A DNA stretch of 64,000 nt from Chloroflexota bacterium. Its GTDB lineage: Bacteria; Chloroflexota; UBA11872; UBA12225. The stretch lies in assembly GCA_009693165.1 (NCBI GenBank), contig SHXX01000001.1, positions 71,248 through 135,247 on the forward strand, in the 5' to 3' direction. The notes beneath the pieces are model-generated. The model worked only from the letters and a program-made list of their open reading frames with translations. It was not told the DNA's origin and did not search any database. Both the position numbers and the translations under genes were made by a program. Positions 19,962 to 30,128 of this stretch are shown here, piece by piece (position 1 is the stretch's first letter; every line of letters begins with the position of its first letter).

Positions 19962-21467
19962 CTACCCAACGCCGTCACATTCGACCAGGAGGTCCGCTAC
20001 GCCGATCTGGCCATCGCGATCCCCCGCAAGGACCCGCACCTCCAGCGCGCGCCTGACCACTTCGGAAAGTGAGGCACCGCTCATCCCCTCGGTGCGGTCG
20101 AGCAGCAGGTCCCAAGCGGTCTGGTCAGGCAATCCGAACACGGCCCTACCCGCAGCCCGGGATGCATCTTCCAGATGGATCCGCAAGACCTGTGCCCGGC
20201 CTTCTCGGTCCGGCAGGGGCACGGCAACGAGCCGGTCAAACCGTCCGGGACGGGTCAGGGCCGGATCGATCGCATCGACCCGGTTAGTTGCGCCGACGAC
20301 GATCACGCCATGCACGTCCTCAAGCCCATCGAGGTTGACCAGCAAGGTGCTTACGATCCGGTGCGTCGCCTCGTGTGAATCGTCCCGGACCGGTGCAACG
20401 GCGTCGAGTTCGTCAAAGAACAGGACGGTCGGCACGTGCGTGCGGGCATCATCGAAGACTGCCTGGAGCCGACGTTCCGCCTCGCCGTACCATTTCGATG
20501 TGACATCGGTGCTCCGCACGTGCACGAACCTCGCACCGGCACCGGTTGCAAGGCACCGTGCCAGGAGCGTCTTCCCGGTTCCGGGTGGTCCGTGCAGCAG
20601 CACTCCCCTCGGAGGGCGGACGCCCCATCGGCGATAGGCATCCGGGTCGCGCACGGCCACAAGGACCCCGCGCAGTTCGCGCTTGACGCCCGGCAATCCG
20701 CCGACGGCACTGAACGGGTCCGACGCGTCCTCGGTCGAGGCGCGGAATGGGGCAAGGCGCGCGAGGTCGACGGCGCCCGGTGGTTGCGGTGTGCCACCGA
20801 GCCGTCCGCCTTGGAATGCGGGGAAGCCCCCGAAGATCGAACGGGCCGCCCGCCCAATGGCGCGGACGGCGCCGGTTGGTCCGTCAGTTCCGATCCCGGT
20901 TGCCGAGAGTGAGACTTCGGTGTCCGGGGGTACCAGTCCGGCCCGTGCGTACAGCGTCTCGGCAACGGCGGCGACGGCATCGCCGAATGCGGTCAGCGCC
21001 GCGTCAAGTTCCTCGGCGAATCGCCAATCCATTGGCGTCACACGTGTTCCCGTAAGCGGGACCGCCACCGGCCATGCGCCGCAGCCAATGACCAGGTGGT
21101 TCATGATCGTCGCGTGGGTCACCGCCAGTGCCCGGGCGCGGTCGTCACGCAACACCACGCCGTCACGGTGGCGTGTGATGTGCCACTGGTCGTTCCCCAC
21201 GAAGACGATTGGCGGGTCCATCATCCCGGCCATCGCGCCGCGACCGAAGGCGGCAGCGGCGATCGCGCCAGCTGATCCGCCAGGACTGATCAGGGCCATG
21301 ATCGCAAGCGAACCCATTCGACCACCCCGCGGCGGTTCGCTCCGGGCAAAGCAGGCGACATAGCCAAGCGGGTTCGGCAAGCGGACCTGTCCAAGCGACT
21401 GGGTGCCCATCCCGATGCGCAGGCGCTCGCGCAACGCGGGCATCGCGACCACTCTCAGGCCCGTCAT
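19962..21467 (-). CDS. AAA+ ATPase (classical AAA clade) with an unrecognised ~250-aa N-terminal domain
   Basis: Walker A GPPGTGKT, Walker B LFFDELD, and second region of homology ..GATNRVDAIDPALTRPGRFD... I did not recognise the N-terminal half. Confidence 0.8.
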   Translation of the reverse strand: MTGLRVVAMPALRERLRIGMGTQSLGQVRLPNPLGYVACFARSEPPRGGRMGSLAIMALISPGGSAGAIAAAAFGRGAMAGMMDPPIVFVGNDQWHITRHRDGVVLRDDRARALAVTHATIMNHLVIGCGAWPVAVPLTGTRVTPMDWRFAEELDAALTAFGDAVAAVAETLYARAGLVPPDTEVSLSATGIGTDGPTGAVRAIGRAARSIFGGFPAFQGGRLGGTPQPPGAVDLARLAPFRASTEDASDPFSAVGGLPGVKRELRGVLVAVRDPDAYRRWGVRPPRGVLLHGPPGTGKTLLARCLATGAGARFVHVRSTDVTSKWYGEAERRLQAVFDDARTHVPTVLFFDELDAVAPVRDDSHEATHRIVSTLLVNLDGLEDVHGVIVVGATNRVDAIDPALTRPGRFDRLVAVPLPDREGRAQVLRIHLEDASRAAGRAVFGLPDQTAWDLLLDRTEGMSGASLSEVVRRALEVRVLAGDRDGQIGVADLLVECDGVG

Positions 21468-21656
21468 GGCCGCCCCTCCCCCTCAGCACCATCGATCGTT
21501 GGCGTGTGTCGGTGTGGTGGGGCGACTCGTCCACCTCCGACGCCCGGCGTGGCAGCATTGACGTCCCATGATCCAATGGAGGTGAATGCGCTCGTCACGA
21601 TCTCGCCGGAACCGCTGCGTGACGGACGCACGTCCACGCAATCGGCAGTGGTCAGG

Positions 21657-22616
21657 TCACGACCCGACATGGGTCACGAGACCGTCATGGCTAGGAATGA
21701 CACCGAATTGCGCGAGGTGCGCGGTCAATTCCCGGTGCGCTGGCGTGGCATTGTGGCTGAAGTGATGGGCGAACCGGTCCGCATTCGGCGAAAGCAGTCT
21801 GCGACGCCCCAGTTCAGCGTGATGCCACACGACCTGTTCGAGGTTCATGTGGGAGGTTCCCGGCCCACCCAAGCCGAGGGTCGCATCGATGATTGACGCG
21901 CCGAATGTCCATCCGTCGTGACCAAGTTGGTCCAGGAGTTTCCACGCTTCTTCTGAGAACGGCCCTGTATCCGTGGCGTAGAGCACGGTCGATGGGTGGC
22001 CTTGCGACAACTCCGGGCCGCTTGTCTGACGAACCACGAAGAATGACGCCTGCTCATCGGGTCGCGCGTGACTGGCGGGAAGGACCACGATCTCGTAGGC
22101 CCTGGCGGTGGTCGCCGGCGGGGCGCCGTCGGCTGTCCGGGACCTTCCGGGCCGCACGCGCGGGTCCGGGTCGTGGGTTCCACCGGTCGAGACGGTTACT
22201 CGTTCCCCGCTCGATACGGGGCGAGGCGCGAAGCGAAGTCCGGCAGCGTCGAGCAACTTGCCTTCGCGGTCATGGAGGCGCGCAAGTGTCGGTGCAGTTG
22301 CGATGATCTCGGCAACCGGCAAAGGTGGCAATGCGAAGCCGGCCCCGCGCCACAGGAACCCGGTCGGATCCAGATGGTCGTCGTGCAGGTGCGTGATCAG
22401 GATTGCCTGGGCGTCGGCGACATCGACACCGAGCCGGATGGTTGATGCAACGAGGTCTGGCCCGGGATCGATCAGGAGGTCGTCGTTGATCAGGATCGAT
22501 GAACGGAGGCGCAGGTTGTCGCCCCCGCGTTCCCTCGCCACGACGCAGCGTTCGCAACGGCACCAGAGCGCCGGATAGCCTTCGGCAGCGGCGGTCCCGA
22601 GAAAGGTCACCTTCAT
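21657..22616 (-). CDS. MBL-fold metallo-hydrolase (PhnP/PqqB-like N-terminus)
   Basis: MKVTFLGTAAAEGYPALWCRCERC...LLIDPGPD...ITHLHDDHLD carries the HxHxDH motif. The start is chosen at MKVTF. Confidence 0.8.
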   Translation of the reverse strand: MKVTFLGTAAAEGYPALWCRCERCVVARERGGDNLRLRSSILINDDLLIDPGPDLVASTIRLGVDVADAQAILITHLHDDHLDPTGFLWRGAGFALPPLPVAEIIATAPTLARLHDREGKLLDAAGLRFAPRPVSSGERVTVSTGGTHDPDPRVRPGRSRTADGAPPATTARAYEIVVLPASHARPDEQASFFVVRQTSGPELSQGHPSTVLYATDTGPFSEEAWKLLDQLGHDGWTFGASIIDATLGLGGPGTSHMNLEQVVWHHAELGRRRLLSPNADRFAHHFSHNATPAHRELTAHLAQFGVIPSHDGLVTHVGS

Positions 22617-22675
22617 GACTGAATGGTACGACCCGGTTTGCCCGTTTCGTCCCCCGCCGGTCGTGTGGTGACCTC

Positions 22676-22701
22676 CTGGGAACGCCGGCGCCCTCGCCGG
22701 C
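22676..22701. repeat. 26-nt GC hairpin element, copy 1 (ctgggaacGCCGGCGccctCGCCGGC)
   Basis: 7-bp all-GC stem with a 4-nt loop. It is repeated at 23946..23971 with one mismatch. Confidence 0.85.
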
Positions 22702-22741
22702 CCAACCGTCCACGCGATGCCATCGGGGTAGGATTCCGTCA

Positions 22742-23914
22742 ATGACACCAACGACACGAGATCAAGGCACCGAGGCATTGCACCACGGTGAGGCGCAAGG
22801 CGGTGGGGCGACCGCCCGGTCCGCTGGCATCCCTGCCCGCAGCGGGGTGGGCGTCTCGCTCCCACTTCCCAGTCCAGGGATCTGGCGCTTCCGTTCCCGC
22901 TTCCTTGCTGACGACCGTGTTTCCACGGCACCGGCAATCACGATGGGTGAGGGGGACACTCCCGTCGTACCTCTCCCCAGATGGGGTGCCCGCCACGGCC
23001 TGGACCGGGTCTACGCGAAACTGGATGGCGCAAATCCGACCGGGTCGTACAAGGACCGTGGCATGTCCATCCTCGTGAGTGTGGCCCGGTCACTTGGTGC
23101 ATCTCACCTTGTGGAGGACTCATCCGGCAACGCCGGTGCCGCCGCTGCGGCGTACGCGGCCCGTGCCGGAATGTCGTGCACCGTCTACGCGCCCGCCGGT
23201 GCACCGGCGCCGAAGTTGCGCCAAATCCGCGCGTACGGTGCTGAACTCATTGCGGTGCCGGGTCCGCGGTCGGCGGTCGCTGATGCCGCCCGGAACGCCG
23301 GGTCGGTCCCGGGCGCGTATCACGTCTCGCACAACGACAATCCGTTGTTTGTGGTCGGCAACCAATCGCTCGGGTTCGAACTGTCCGAAACCGCACGAGC
23401 GCTTGGGTTCGACGGCCGCCCGTGGCACATCGTCATGCCCGTTGGGGGTGGGGCATTGTTCATGGGTGCCGCCACCGCACTCCTGGGTTCGTCAACTGAC
23501 CAAGCCGGGAAGTGGGCAGGATCTGGGACGGTAGCCATCCCGCGCCTCCACGCGGCCCAGACAACCCATTGCGCCCCGATTGCCGAGGCATTTGCGCGAG
23601 GGGAACCGGAGCCCTCGACGGTCATCCGACGCCCGACGGTCTGCGGGGGCATCGAGATCGAGCGTCCGCAACGGGGCGCCGATATCTTGCGTGCGATCGC
23701 CGAAACTGGTGGTTCCGCGGTGGCGCGTGATGACGCCGATATCTTGCGTGCCCGCGACGATCTGGCAATGCTCGAGGGCATCTATGCCGAACCGACTTCC
23801 GCATCCGCGCTCGCCGCGCTCGCCCATTTGGCCGCAGCGGGCACGATCGGGCGTGACGATCTCGTGTTCGTGATCGTCACTGGCAGCGGCCTCAAGGATC
23901 CCGGTCCGGCCTGA
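22742..23914 (+). CDS. thrC: threonine synthase-like PLP enzyme
   Basis: ..GEGDTPVVPL.. and ..GANPTGSYKDRGMS.. (PLP-lysine motif) are typical of threonine synthase. A GTG at 22847 would give a more typical ~355-aa product. Confidence 0.8.
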   Translation: MTPTTRDQGTEALHHGEAQGGGATARSAGIPARSGVGVSLPLPSPGIWRFRSRFLADDRVSTAPAITMGEGDTPVVPLPRWGARHGLDRVYAKLDGANPTGSYKDRGMSILVSVARSLGASHLVEDSSGNAGAAAAAYAARAGMSCTVYAPAGAPAPKLRQIRAYGAELIAVPGPRSAVADAARNAGSVPGAYHVSHNDNPLFVVGNQSLGFELSETARALGFDGRPWHIVMPVGGGALFMGAATALLGSSTDQAGKWAGSGTVAIPRLHAAQTTHCAPIAEAFARGEPEPSTVIRRPTVCGGIEIERPQRGADILRAIAETGGSAVARDDADILRARDDLAMLEGIYAEPTSASALAALAHLAAAGTIGRDDLVFVIVTGSGLKDPGPA

Positions 23915-23945
23915 CCCCGGAAAGTCGGTCGATGTCTGTCCGTTG

Positions 23946-23971
23946 CTGGGAGCGCCGGCGCCCTCGCCGGC
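23946..23971. repeat. 26-nt GC hairpin element, copy 2 (ctgggagcGCCGGCGccctCGCCGGC)
   Basis: Same orientation as copy 1, 32 nt after the thrC stop. It may act as a terminator-like hairpin. Confidence 0.85.
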
Positions 23972-24238
23972 TCGTCGGCAATGTCATCTCGCTACCGTAG
24001 GACGCGTGCGAATGGCCCACATGGTTCACTAGCGATCCATCTGGCGGGGGTTTCAAGGCCGGTCATCACCTTCCCGGCAATGAGGTCTGTGTTGAGGTCT
24101 CACGGGAGGGCCAACCGGCACCGGGACACGCAAAGGTCCCCGACCCAAGCCAGGGCGACGTATTGCCCATCCACCCTCACGCGCACCGCTACCGCGATAC
24201 CATGCGGCCATCCTGACCCAATTTGATCGGAGGCACTC

Positions 24239-25834
24239 ATGACCCTCGACGTCCTCATCCGTGGTGGCCGTGTCGTAGATGGCACCGGTTCGCCGTGGGT
24301 CCGCGCCGATGTCGGCATCACTGGCGACCGGATCACTGCGATTGGCAACCTGTCGGGCGCGTCGGCGACCCGTGAGATCGATGCAACAGGTCTCGTCGTT
24401 GCGCCGGGGTTCATCGACTGTCATTCGCATTCGGACTGGAGCCTCCTTGCCAACCGCGGTGCGGACAGCACCCTGATGCAAGGGGTGACGACCGAGGTCG
24501 TCGGCAACTGTGGCATGTCATACGCGCCGGTCACCCACCTGAACGAGGCGCGTCTCGCTGCCGATGTCTCTCGGACGTCGCCCGGTGTCCAACTCGCATG
24601 GCACTCCTTCGCGGACTATCTCGACACCATCCGCACTGGGGGAATCGGTGCAAACTTCGCGTTCCAGGCCGGCCACGCCGCAATCCGGAGTGCGGTGATG
24701 GGCAGCGGCGAGAGGCCTGCGACGCCCGACGAGATTGCCGGAATGGAGAGGCACCTCGCACAGGCGCTCGAAGAGGGTGCGATCGGCTTCTCGACAGGGC
24801 TCGAGTTCGTGCCCGGCCGGGCGGCCCTGCGCGATGAACTGCTCGCCATGGCGAAGGTCGTGGCCAGGTACGACCGCATCCACACGTGCCATCAACGGAC
24901 GCGGAACGAGGCGTTTGGGGCGTCCGTCGACGAAATTGTCGGCATTTGCGAGGAGGCCGGCACCCGCCTGCAGATCTCACACAACAACAAGCGGCGTGGT
25001 GCCCCGGATGGTGCTTGGGAGGGCACCATGGAGGCTCAGGATGCTGCCCGTGGACGTGGCGTGGACGTGTCGTGCGATACGACCAGTTACATCGCCGGCC
25101 TTGGCTTGATGGCGGCCGTCCTGCCCCCATGGTTGTTCGATGCGGGTCTGGCAACCGCTGCCGAACGCCTTGCGGATCCAACCATCAGGGAACGGGTCAA
25201 AGGTGACCTGAACCGCTACTGGCTGATGGTCGCACGGGGAGAGTGGGACATCCTCTGGCTCGGACGCACGTCCAATTCCATGCATCTGTTCGGCAAGTCG
25301 TTCGTGGATATCGCGGACATCATGCGCCGTCAACCGATCGACGCGTACCTTGACATTCTCCAGGCGGAGGGGGCGGGGATCGCCGACGCCGGCATGTTCG
25401 GGGAGGTCAAGACGCACGACCACCTGCGCGAGCTTGTGCAGCACCCATTGGTGGCCATCGAGGCTGACGCATGGACAGCATCGGCCGACGGCCCGTTGGC
25501 CGCGATGGTGAACCACCCGGCGAGTTTCGGCTGGACTGCCCGTGTCCTTGGCGACTATGTGCGCGAACGTCGTTGGCTCCGTCTTGAGGAGGCGGTCCGC
25601 AAGTTCACTGCGATGCCGGCCGCGAAGTTCGGGTTGCGTGATCGTGGTCTGCTTCGCCCCGGCTTGGCCGCCGATGTCACCATCTTTGACGCTGCGACCA
25701 TTACCGACCGTGCAAGCTTCGAGACGCCCGCGGTCTATCCGGATGGGATTTCCCATGTCTTCGTCAACGGCGTGGCGGCCGTGACGAACGGGCGGCTGAC
25801 TTCCGCGCGCTCCGGATCAGTCCTGACGGCGTGA
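24239..25834 (+). CDS. N-acyl-D-amino-acid deacylase (D-aminoacylase) family amidohydrolase
   Basis: MTLDVLIRGGRVVDGTG...GDRI..IG...IDA.G.VVAPGFIDCHSHSD is the canonical D-aminoacylase N-terminus. A GGAGG Shine-Dalgarno lies upstream. Confidence 0.9.
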   Translation: MTLDVLIRGGRVVDGTGSPWVRADVGITGDRITAIGNLSGASATREIDATGLVVAPGFIDCHSHSDWSLLANRGADSTLMQGVTTEVVGNCGMSYAPVTHLNEARLAADVSRTSPGVQLAWHSFADYLDTIRTGGIGANFAFQAGHAAIRSAVMGSGERPATPDEIAGMERHLAQALEEGAIGFSTGLEFVPGRAALRDELLAMAKVVARYDRIHTCHQRTRNEAFGASVDEIVGICEEAGTRLQISHNNKRRGAPDGAWEGTMEAQDAARGRGVDVSCDTTSYIAGLGLMAAVLPPWLFDAGLATAAERLADPTIRERVKGDLNRYWLMVARGEWDILWLGRTSNSMHLFGKSFVDIADIMRRQPIDAYLDILQAEGAGIADAGMFGEVKTHDHLRELVQHPLVAIEADAWTASADGPLAAMVNHPASFGWTARVLGDYVRERRWLRLEEAVRKFTAMPAAKFGLRDRGLLRPGLAADVTIFDAATITDRASFETPAVYPDGISHVFVNGVAAVTNGRLTSARSGSVLTA

Positions 25835-25942
25835 TGCGTTGGCCCTGGCGGTAAAGGCGGCGATGCAACTCGCCGATAGTTCCAACAGACCCAGATGCAA
25901 GCGTCCCAGTGAAGGACGCACCGGAAGGGTCCTTGAGCAAGG

Positions 25943-26278
25943 ATGCACGTCATGGAAGCAGGAAGGCCCATTGTGGGTTTGGGCAGGTTCAATGCCTCGG
26001 CCGGTGTATCAACAGGCCATCAGGATGGTGAGCCGATCGAGTGGAGGTGGCTCGTACGCGAATTGCGGACCACGGGTGGCGCCCAGGTCCGTGCATCTGC
26101 GGACTGGCAGTGGGTGACCTTCCGGCGAGCCGAACAGAATTCGGAAGTGCGGCAGATCGTTCGTTTGCCTGAAGACGGTCAGTTCACGGTCAGCCGATAC
26201 GACTCGCGGGCGCAGACCTGTGAGCTTCTCGGTGACTTCCCCGATGCCCCGGCGGCTCTTCGCGCCGCCTTGGCCTGA
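25943..26278 (+). CDS. hypothetical protein
   Basis: 111-aa ORF lying in an otherwise empty gap. By hand count about 68% of codons end in G/C. No family recognised. Confidence 0.35.
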   Translation: MHVMEAGRPIVGLGRFNASAGVSTGHQDGEPIEWRWLVRELRTTGGAQVRASADWQWVTFRRAEQNSEVRQIVRLPEDGQFTVSRYDSRAQTCELLGDFPDAPAALRAALA

Positions 26279-26385
26279 GCAATGAACGCGAACCCGGGCC
26301 CGATGAGGGAACGGGGTCGCTTTTGGTTGAGATCCATTGCATGCGATCAGCACGGAACATCCACTGACGCCGGGGCAGCCCGTCG

Positions 26386-27588
26386 TCAGGCGTAGATTTC
26401 CTTCTGGGTGACGATCTTGGCCTCGTCAATATCCATGCCAATACCCGGTCGGTCCAGCACGGCAACCTGGACCTCTCCATTGACTGGCCAGATGGGGTAC
26501 TTCAGGAACCACTGGTGGACCGTGTTCCACTTGAGCAGGAATTCCAGAAGCGGGCACAGGTTCGGCGTCATCGCGGCAATCAGGTGCATCGTCGCCGGCG
26601 TCGAGTGGCCGTGCGGGATCACTGGCAAGTCGTAGGTGGACGCGATCGCACAGATCTTCAGGGTCTCGGAGATCCCGCCGCACCAGTAGATGTCGGGTTG
26701 CAGGACGTCCACTGCCTGCGCATCCATCAGTTGCTTGAGGCCCCAGCGGGTGTATTCGTGCTCGCCCCCCGAGACCGGGATGCCCATCGCATTGAGTGCC
26801 CGGCGCACCTGCGCGTACTGCTCCATCTTGTCCGGCATGACAGGTTCCTCAACCCATCGCGGGTGGTACTCGGCAATCCGTCGCCCAACCTGGATCGCGT
26901 AGGGAAGATCCCAACTCATCCAGGCATCGAACATCAGGTCGGTATCCGGTCCGACGGCCTCGCGAAGCGCCTTGACCATCGCCACATTCCGGTCGATACC
27001 CGGTTTGCCTGATCCCGGTCCGTCGCGGAAGAACCACTTCTGGTGGCGCCATCCCTCGGCGTGAAGCATCTTCGCGCGTTCGGCGGCGCGTGCTGGCTCC
27101 ACCGAGTAGCCGAGGCAACTCGCATAGGCCGGCACGGAAGTGCGTGTCGGGCCACCAAGGAGGCGGAAGACGGGTTGTCCAAGCCAACGCCCCTTGAGGT
27201 CCCAAAGGGCGCAATCGACGACCGAGAGGGCCATCATCGCGGCGCCTTTGCGTCCGTGAACCTGTGAACGGTAGATCTTGTCCCAGAGGAGTTCGATGGC
27301 AATCGGGTCGGCTCCCATGAGGAGTGACCTCATCTGGGTAGCGATGATGTACGCCTGGTCATCAGAGAGTGGGCCGCCGATGCCGTGGACACCCTGGTCG
27401 GTTTCGATGCGCAGGAATGTGCTTGCCATCCGGTACCGTCCGCCGGGAAGCGGTTCAAGCCACGCGGGGGCATCGTCCCGGTGTTCCGGGTAGAGGTCGA
27501 GAGGACGCACGAGGCGTTCTTCCCAGAACACGCCCGGGAAGGTCATTTCGCCGGTATAGGCGATGAGGCGGACGGCAGTGATCTTCAT
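26386..27588 (-). CDS. enolase-superfamily (mandelate racemase/muconate lactonizing, sugar-acid dehydratase-like) enzyme
   Basis: MKITAVRL... N-terminal capping domain. ..DAWMSW.., ..EEP.. and ..GEHE.. match the metal-ligand spacing typical of MR/MLE dehydratases. Confidence 0.8.
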   Translation of the reverse strand: MKITAVRLIAYTGEMTFPGVFWEERLVRPLDLYPEHRDDAPAWLEPLPGGRYRMASTFLRIETDQGVHGIGGPLSDDQAYIIATQMRSLLMGADPIAIELLWDKIYRSQVHGRKGAAMMALSVVDCALWDLKGRWLGQPVFRLLGGPTRTSVPAYASCLGYSVEPARAAERAKMLHAEGWRHQKWFFRDGPGSGKPGIDRNVAMVKALREAVGPDTDLMFDAWMSWDLPYAIQVGRRIAEYHPRWVEEPVMPDKMEQYAQVRRALNAMGIPVSGGEHEYTRWGLKQLMDAQAVDVLQPDIYWCGGISETLKICAIASTYDLPVIPHGHSTPATMHLIAAMTPNLCPLLEFLLKWNTVHQWFLKYPIWPVNGEVQVAVLDRPGIGMDIDEAKIVTQKEIYA

Positions 27589-27724
27589 GGCGCCATCATG
27601 CCACCGGTCACGCTTGCCCGCCACCGACACGTACGCCAACTGCTGGCCGGGTTGGGCTCAGGTAGTAGGCGGGGGAGGAGATTGCGGCCGTCGCATCACG
27701 CGCACGGCCGCGAGAAGCGACTAC

Positions 27725-28702
27725 CTAACGGGTTGCCAACGCGTCGGCGGCATCCTGGGCAATCTGGAGGACTTCCATCGCTGGAAGCACGCTGTCCGGG
27801 GAAATCGTCGGTGGACGCCTCTCAAGGATTGACGCATGGAACTCGCGGTTCTGGAGGACGACAGGGGACGACGAGTTCGCCGTGTCGGCCCCGGGAACGT
27901 CTGCCGGAGTACCGTGCCGCTCCTTGAGGTTCCCGTCCCGGATTTCCATGGTGTCCTCTCGTCCGATCAGCACATAGTCATAGCGGCTGAGGTGGGCGTT
28001 ATACGACATCGCGATGGTTGCGAGGCGGTCATCAGCGGTCCGAAGGACGATTGACAGGTCAAGGGGCGCACCAACCGATGCATCGGGTGTGGCGATGATT
28101 GACACCACTTCGACCTGCGCGCCGCTTGACGCACCGAGCAGGTGCATGACCAAGTCGGTTGCATGGCACCCGTGGTGCCAGAGAAGATTGTCGGTCCACG
28201 ACCGACGGTAGCCCGATGCACCGACATTTTCGCGCCGCAGGAACATGTATCGCGCCACGATATTCGACAGCGACAGGCGTCCCTTGGAGATTTCGGCGTG
28301 CGCGGTGCGGATTCCCGGGTGGTACCGGTGAGTGTGGGCGACCATGGCCGAAAGGCCGCTTGCCCGGGTACGGTCGGCAACGCGGGCCGCACCAGCGGCG
28401 GACATTGCGACCGGGATCTCGATGAGGACATGCTTGCCCGCGTTCAGACAGGCGAGCGCCTGCTCCTCGTGCTGTTCGCTTGGTGTGCAAAGAATGACAG
28501 CATCAACCGTCCGGTCGTTCAGGGCCATTTCCAGGTCCGTACCGTGCTTGCCATACCCGTACTCGGTCGCGAAGGCCGCTGCCCGTTCGGGAACGCGTCC
28601 AATGAGCCAGCGAAGATGATGCCCATCGGCCCCGAAGGTCCGGGTGTGGCTCGTGGCGGTCATGCCGTAGCCAACGACGGCGAGTCCAAGGCGGTCAGTC
28701 AT
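27725..28702 (-). CDS. Gfo/Idh/MocA-family oxidoreductase
   Basis: LGLAVVGYGMTATSH.. Rossmann N-terminus and ..GKHVLIEIP.. motif. Confidence 0.85.
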   Translation of the reverse strand: MTDRLGLAVVGYGMTATSHTRTFGADGHHLRWLIGRVPERAAAFATEYGYGKHGTDLEMALNDRTVDAVILCTPSEQHEEQALACLNAGKHVLIEIPVAMSAAGAARVADRTRASGLSAMVAHTHRYHPGIRTAHAEISKGRLSLSNIVARYMFLRRENVGASGYRRSWTDNLLWHHGCHATDLVMHLLGASSGAQVEVVSIIATPDASVGAPLDLSIVLRTADDRLATIAMSYNAHLSRYDYVLIGREDTMEIRDGNLKERHGTPADVPGADTANSSSPVVLQNREFHASILERRPPTISPDSVLPAMEVLQIAQDAADALATR

Positions 28703-28784
28703 GCATGGCTCCAAGTCGTGATGACCCGATTGTACGTCCTTTGTCAGGCGGTGCCAGAACGCAAACGCGTGCACCCCGCTCCGA

Positions 28785-30000
28785 TCAGGGAATGGGTGCA
28801 CGCTTGATCCATGGAGTGCGATCAGTGGTGCATTGCCTTTGAGGGGCACCGGTCTGGTTGCCGGGCACCATCATCGGCGAGATCTTGGAGAGGGATCGCG
28901 AAGACGGGGCTGACTCGACCTTCAGCCAGTGGACTGCCGCACTGCCGAAGGTCATCACACGGGTAAAGTTTTGCGGGATTGTGCCAGTGGATTCCCTGAG
29001 GTCACGGTCGGCGCCGTTGGACATGAGCGGCGTGTCCATGTTGAAGAAGTGGGCATTTCCATGGACGAAGCGCACCTGACCGCTTTCCTAGAGGGTCTCA
29101 TCGACGAGGACGTTCAGGAAATTCGTGTATCCGTCACTCGGCGGCATTCCGACGGCTGCCGGATCAAGCCGTTCGTTGATGCCCTCGGTCTCCGGCAGGT
29201 CGATCCCGGGGTCGCCCTGGGTGACAATCACCATCCCTTTTCGAGCCCTGCTTCTTGGCGAGGTCGAACGAGGAGCTCAGCCAGGGGACGTTCTTGGCGT
29301 CACGTTCCTTGTATTCGGCATTGTCCGCGTCGCAGTCCGCAGCACGGCGCGCTCTCTTGTCGGTGCATTCCTTGTCGGAATTGACCTTGTTGTTGCTGCC
29401 GGGTTGGTTGATCTTGACGAACACCAGGTCGCCGCAGGTCCACCGACTGTTCTCGGAATACGCGGCGCCAGCGACGCCCTGGTGCTCCAGAACCATCTGG
29501 ACCTTGCCGAAACTGTTCGGGGTGCCGAACATCGTGCGTTGGATGTAGTTGAGCCGCTCGATGGTGTTGCACCCACCGTTGTTTGTCCGGTGGCAGTCGG
29601 TCCACTCGTTGTCATCGGGGACATAGATGACAGGAACCTTCAGCGAGTTGAACGGCTCGGTGGCACCGGCGTACTGGTCCGGTGTGCAGGGGGACGATCC
29701 GTCCTTGATATCACCGTCGTAGACGCTGAAGGCGATTTGCTCGCCATTGAAGTCGTTGACAATCCTGGTCATTTTCGGGTGGTTGCCACCCTTCGCGTAC
29801 GGCATGTCTCCCCACAGTCCGAAACTGAAGGAGGTGCCGGCTGGGGCCGGTCGTGCGATCGGTGCGTCTGCGAGTGCGGTTGCTGGTGTAGCCACGGTGA
29901 GGGCGGTGATCATTGCAACGCCAGGATGTCGCGCGGTGGTTCCCAGGTTCGTTCTTCTCCCGTTCCTGTGCCAAGGCCGGCGATCCGGACGGGCACCCAT
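28785..30000 (-). pseudogene. secreted calcineurin-like metallophosphoesterase with a 1-nt frameshift and an in-frame TAG
   Basis: The N-terminal part has GDMPY, DGDIKD and PDDNEWTDC motifs. The sense continues in the -1 register after the A4 run (plus-strand tttt 29238-29241) as GMVIVTQGDPGID... The frame is then interrupted by TAG (29088-29090) and resumes as ..VRFVHGNAHFF..FTRVMTFGSAAVHW.. Confidence 0.7.
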
Positions 30001-30128
30001 GGCAGTGTCACCGGATAAGGAAACCGGACGGTGAACCCGCCGCCATTCGTGGTGTTACACCGGGTCACCAAACAGGTCCCTTCTAATAAGTTGCGGATGG
30101 ACTTGTGCGCCGGAACCCGAAGGACGCG

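Noticed and set aside
23381-23395. tRNA-like T-arm sequence gggttcgaac
   Set aside because: It lies inside the thrC coding frame and no acceptor or anticodon stems could be built around it.
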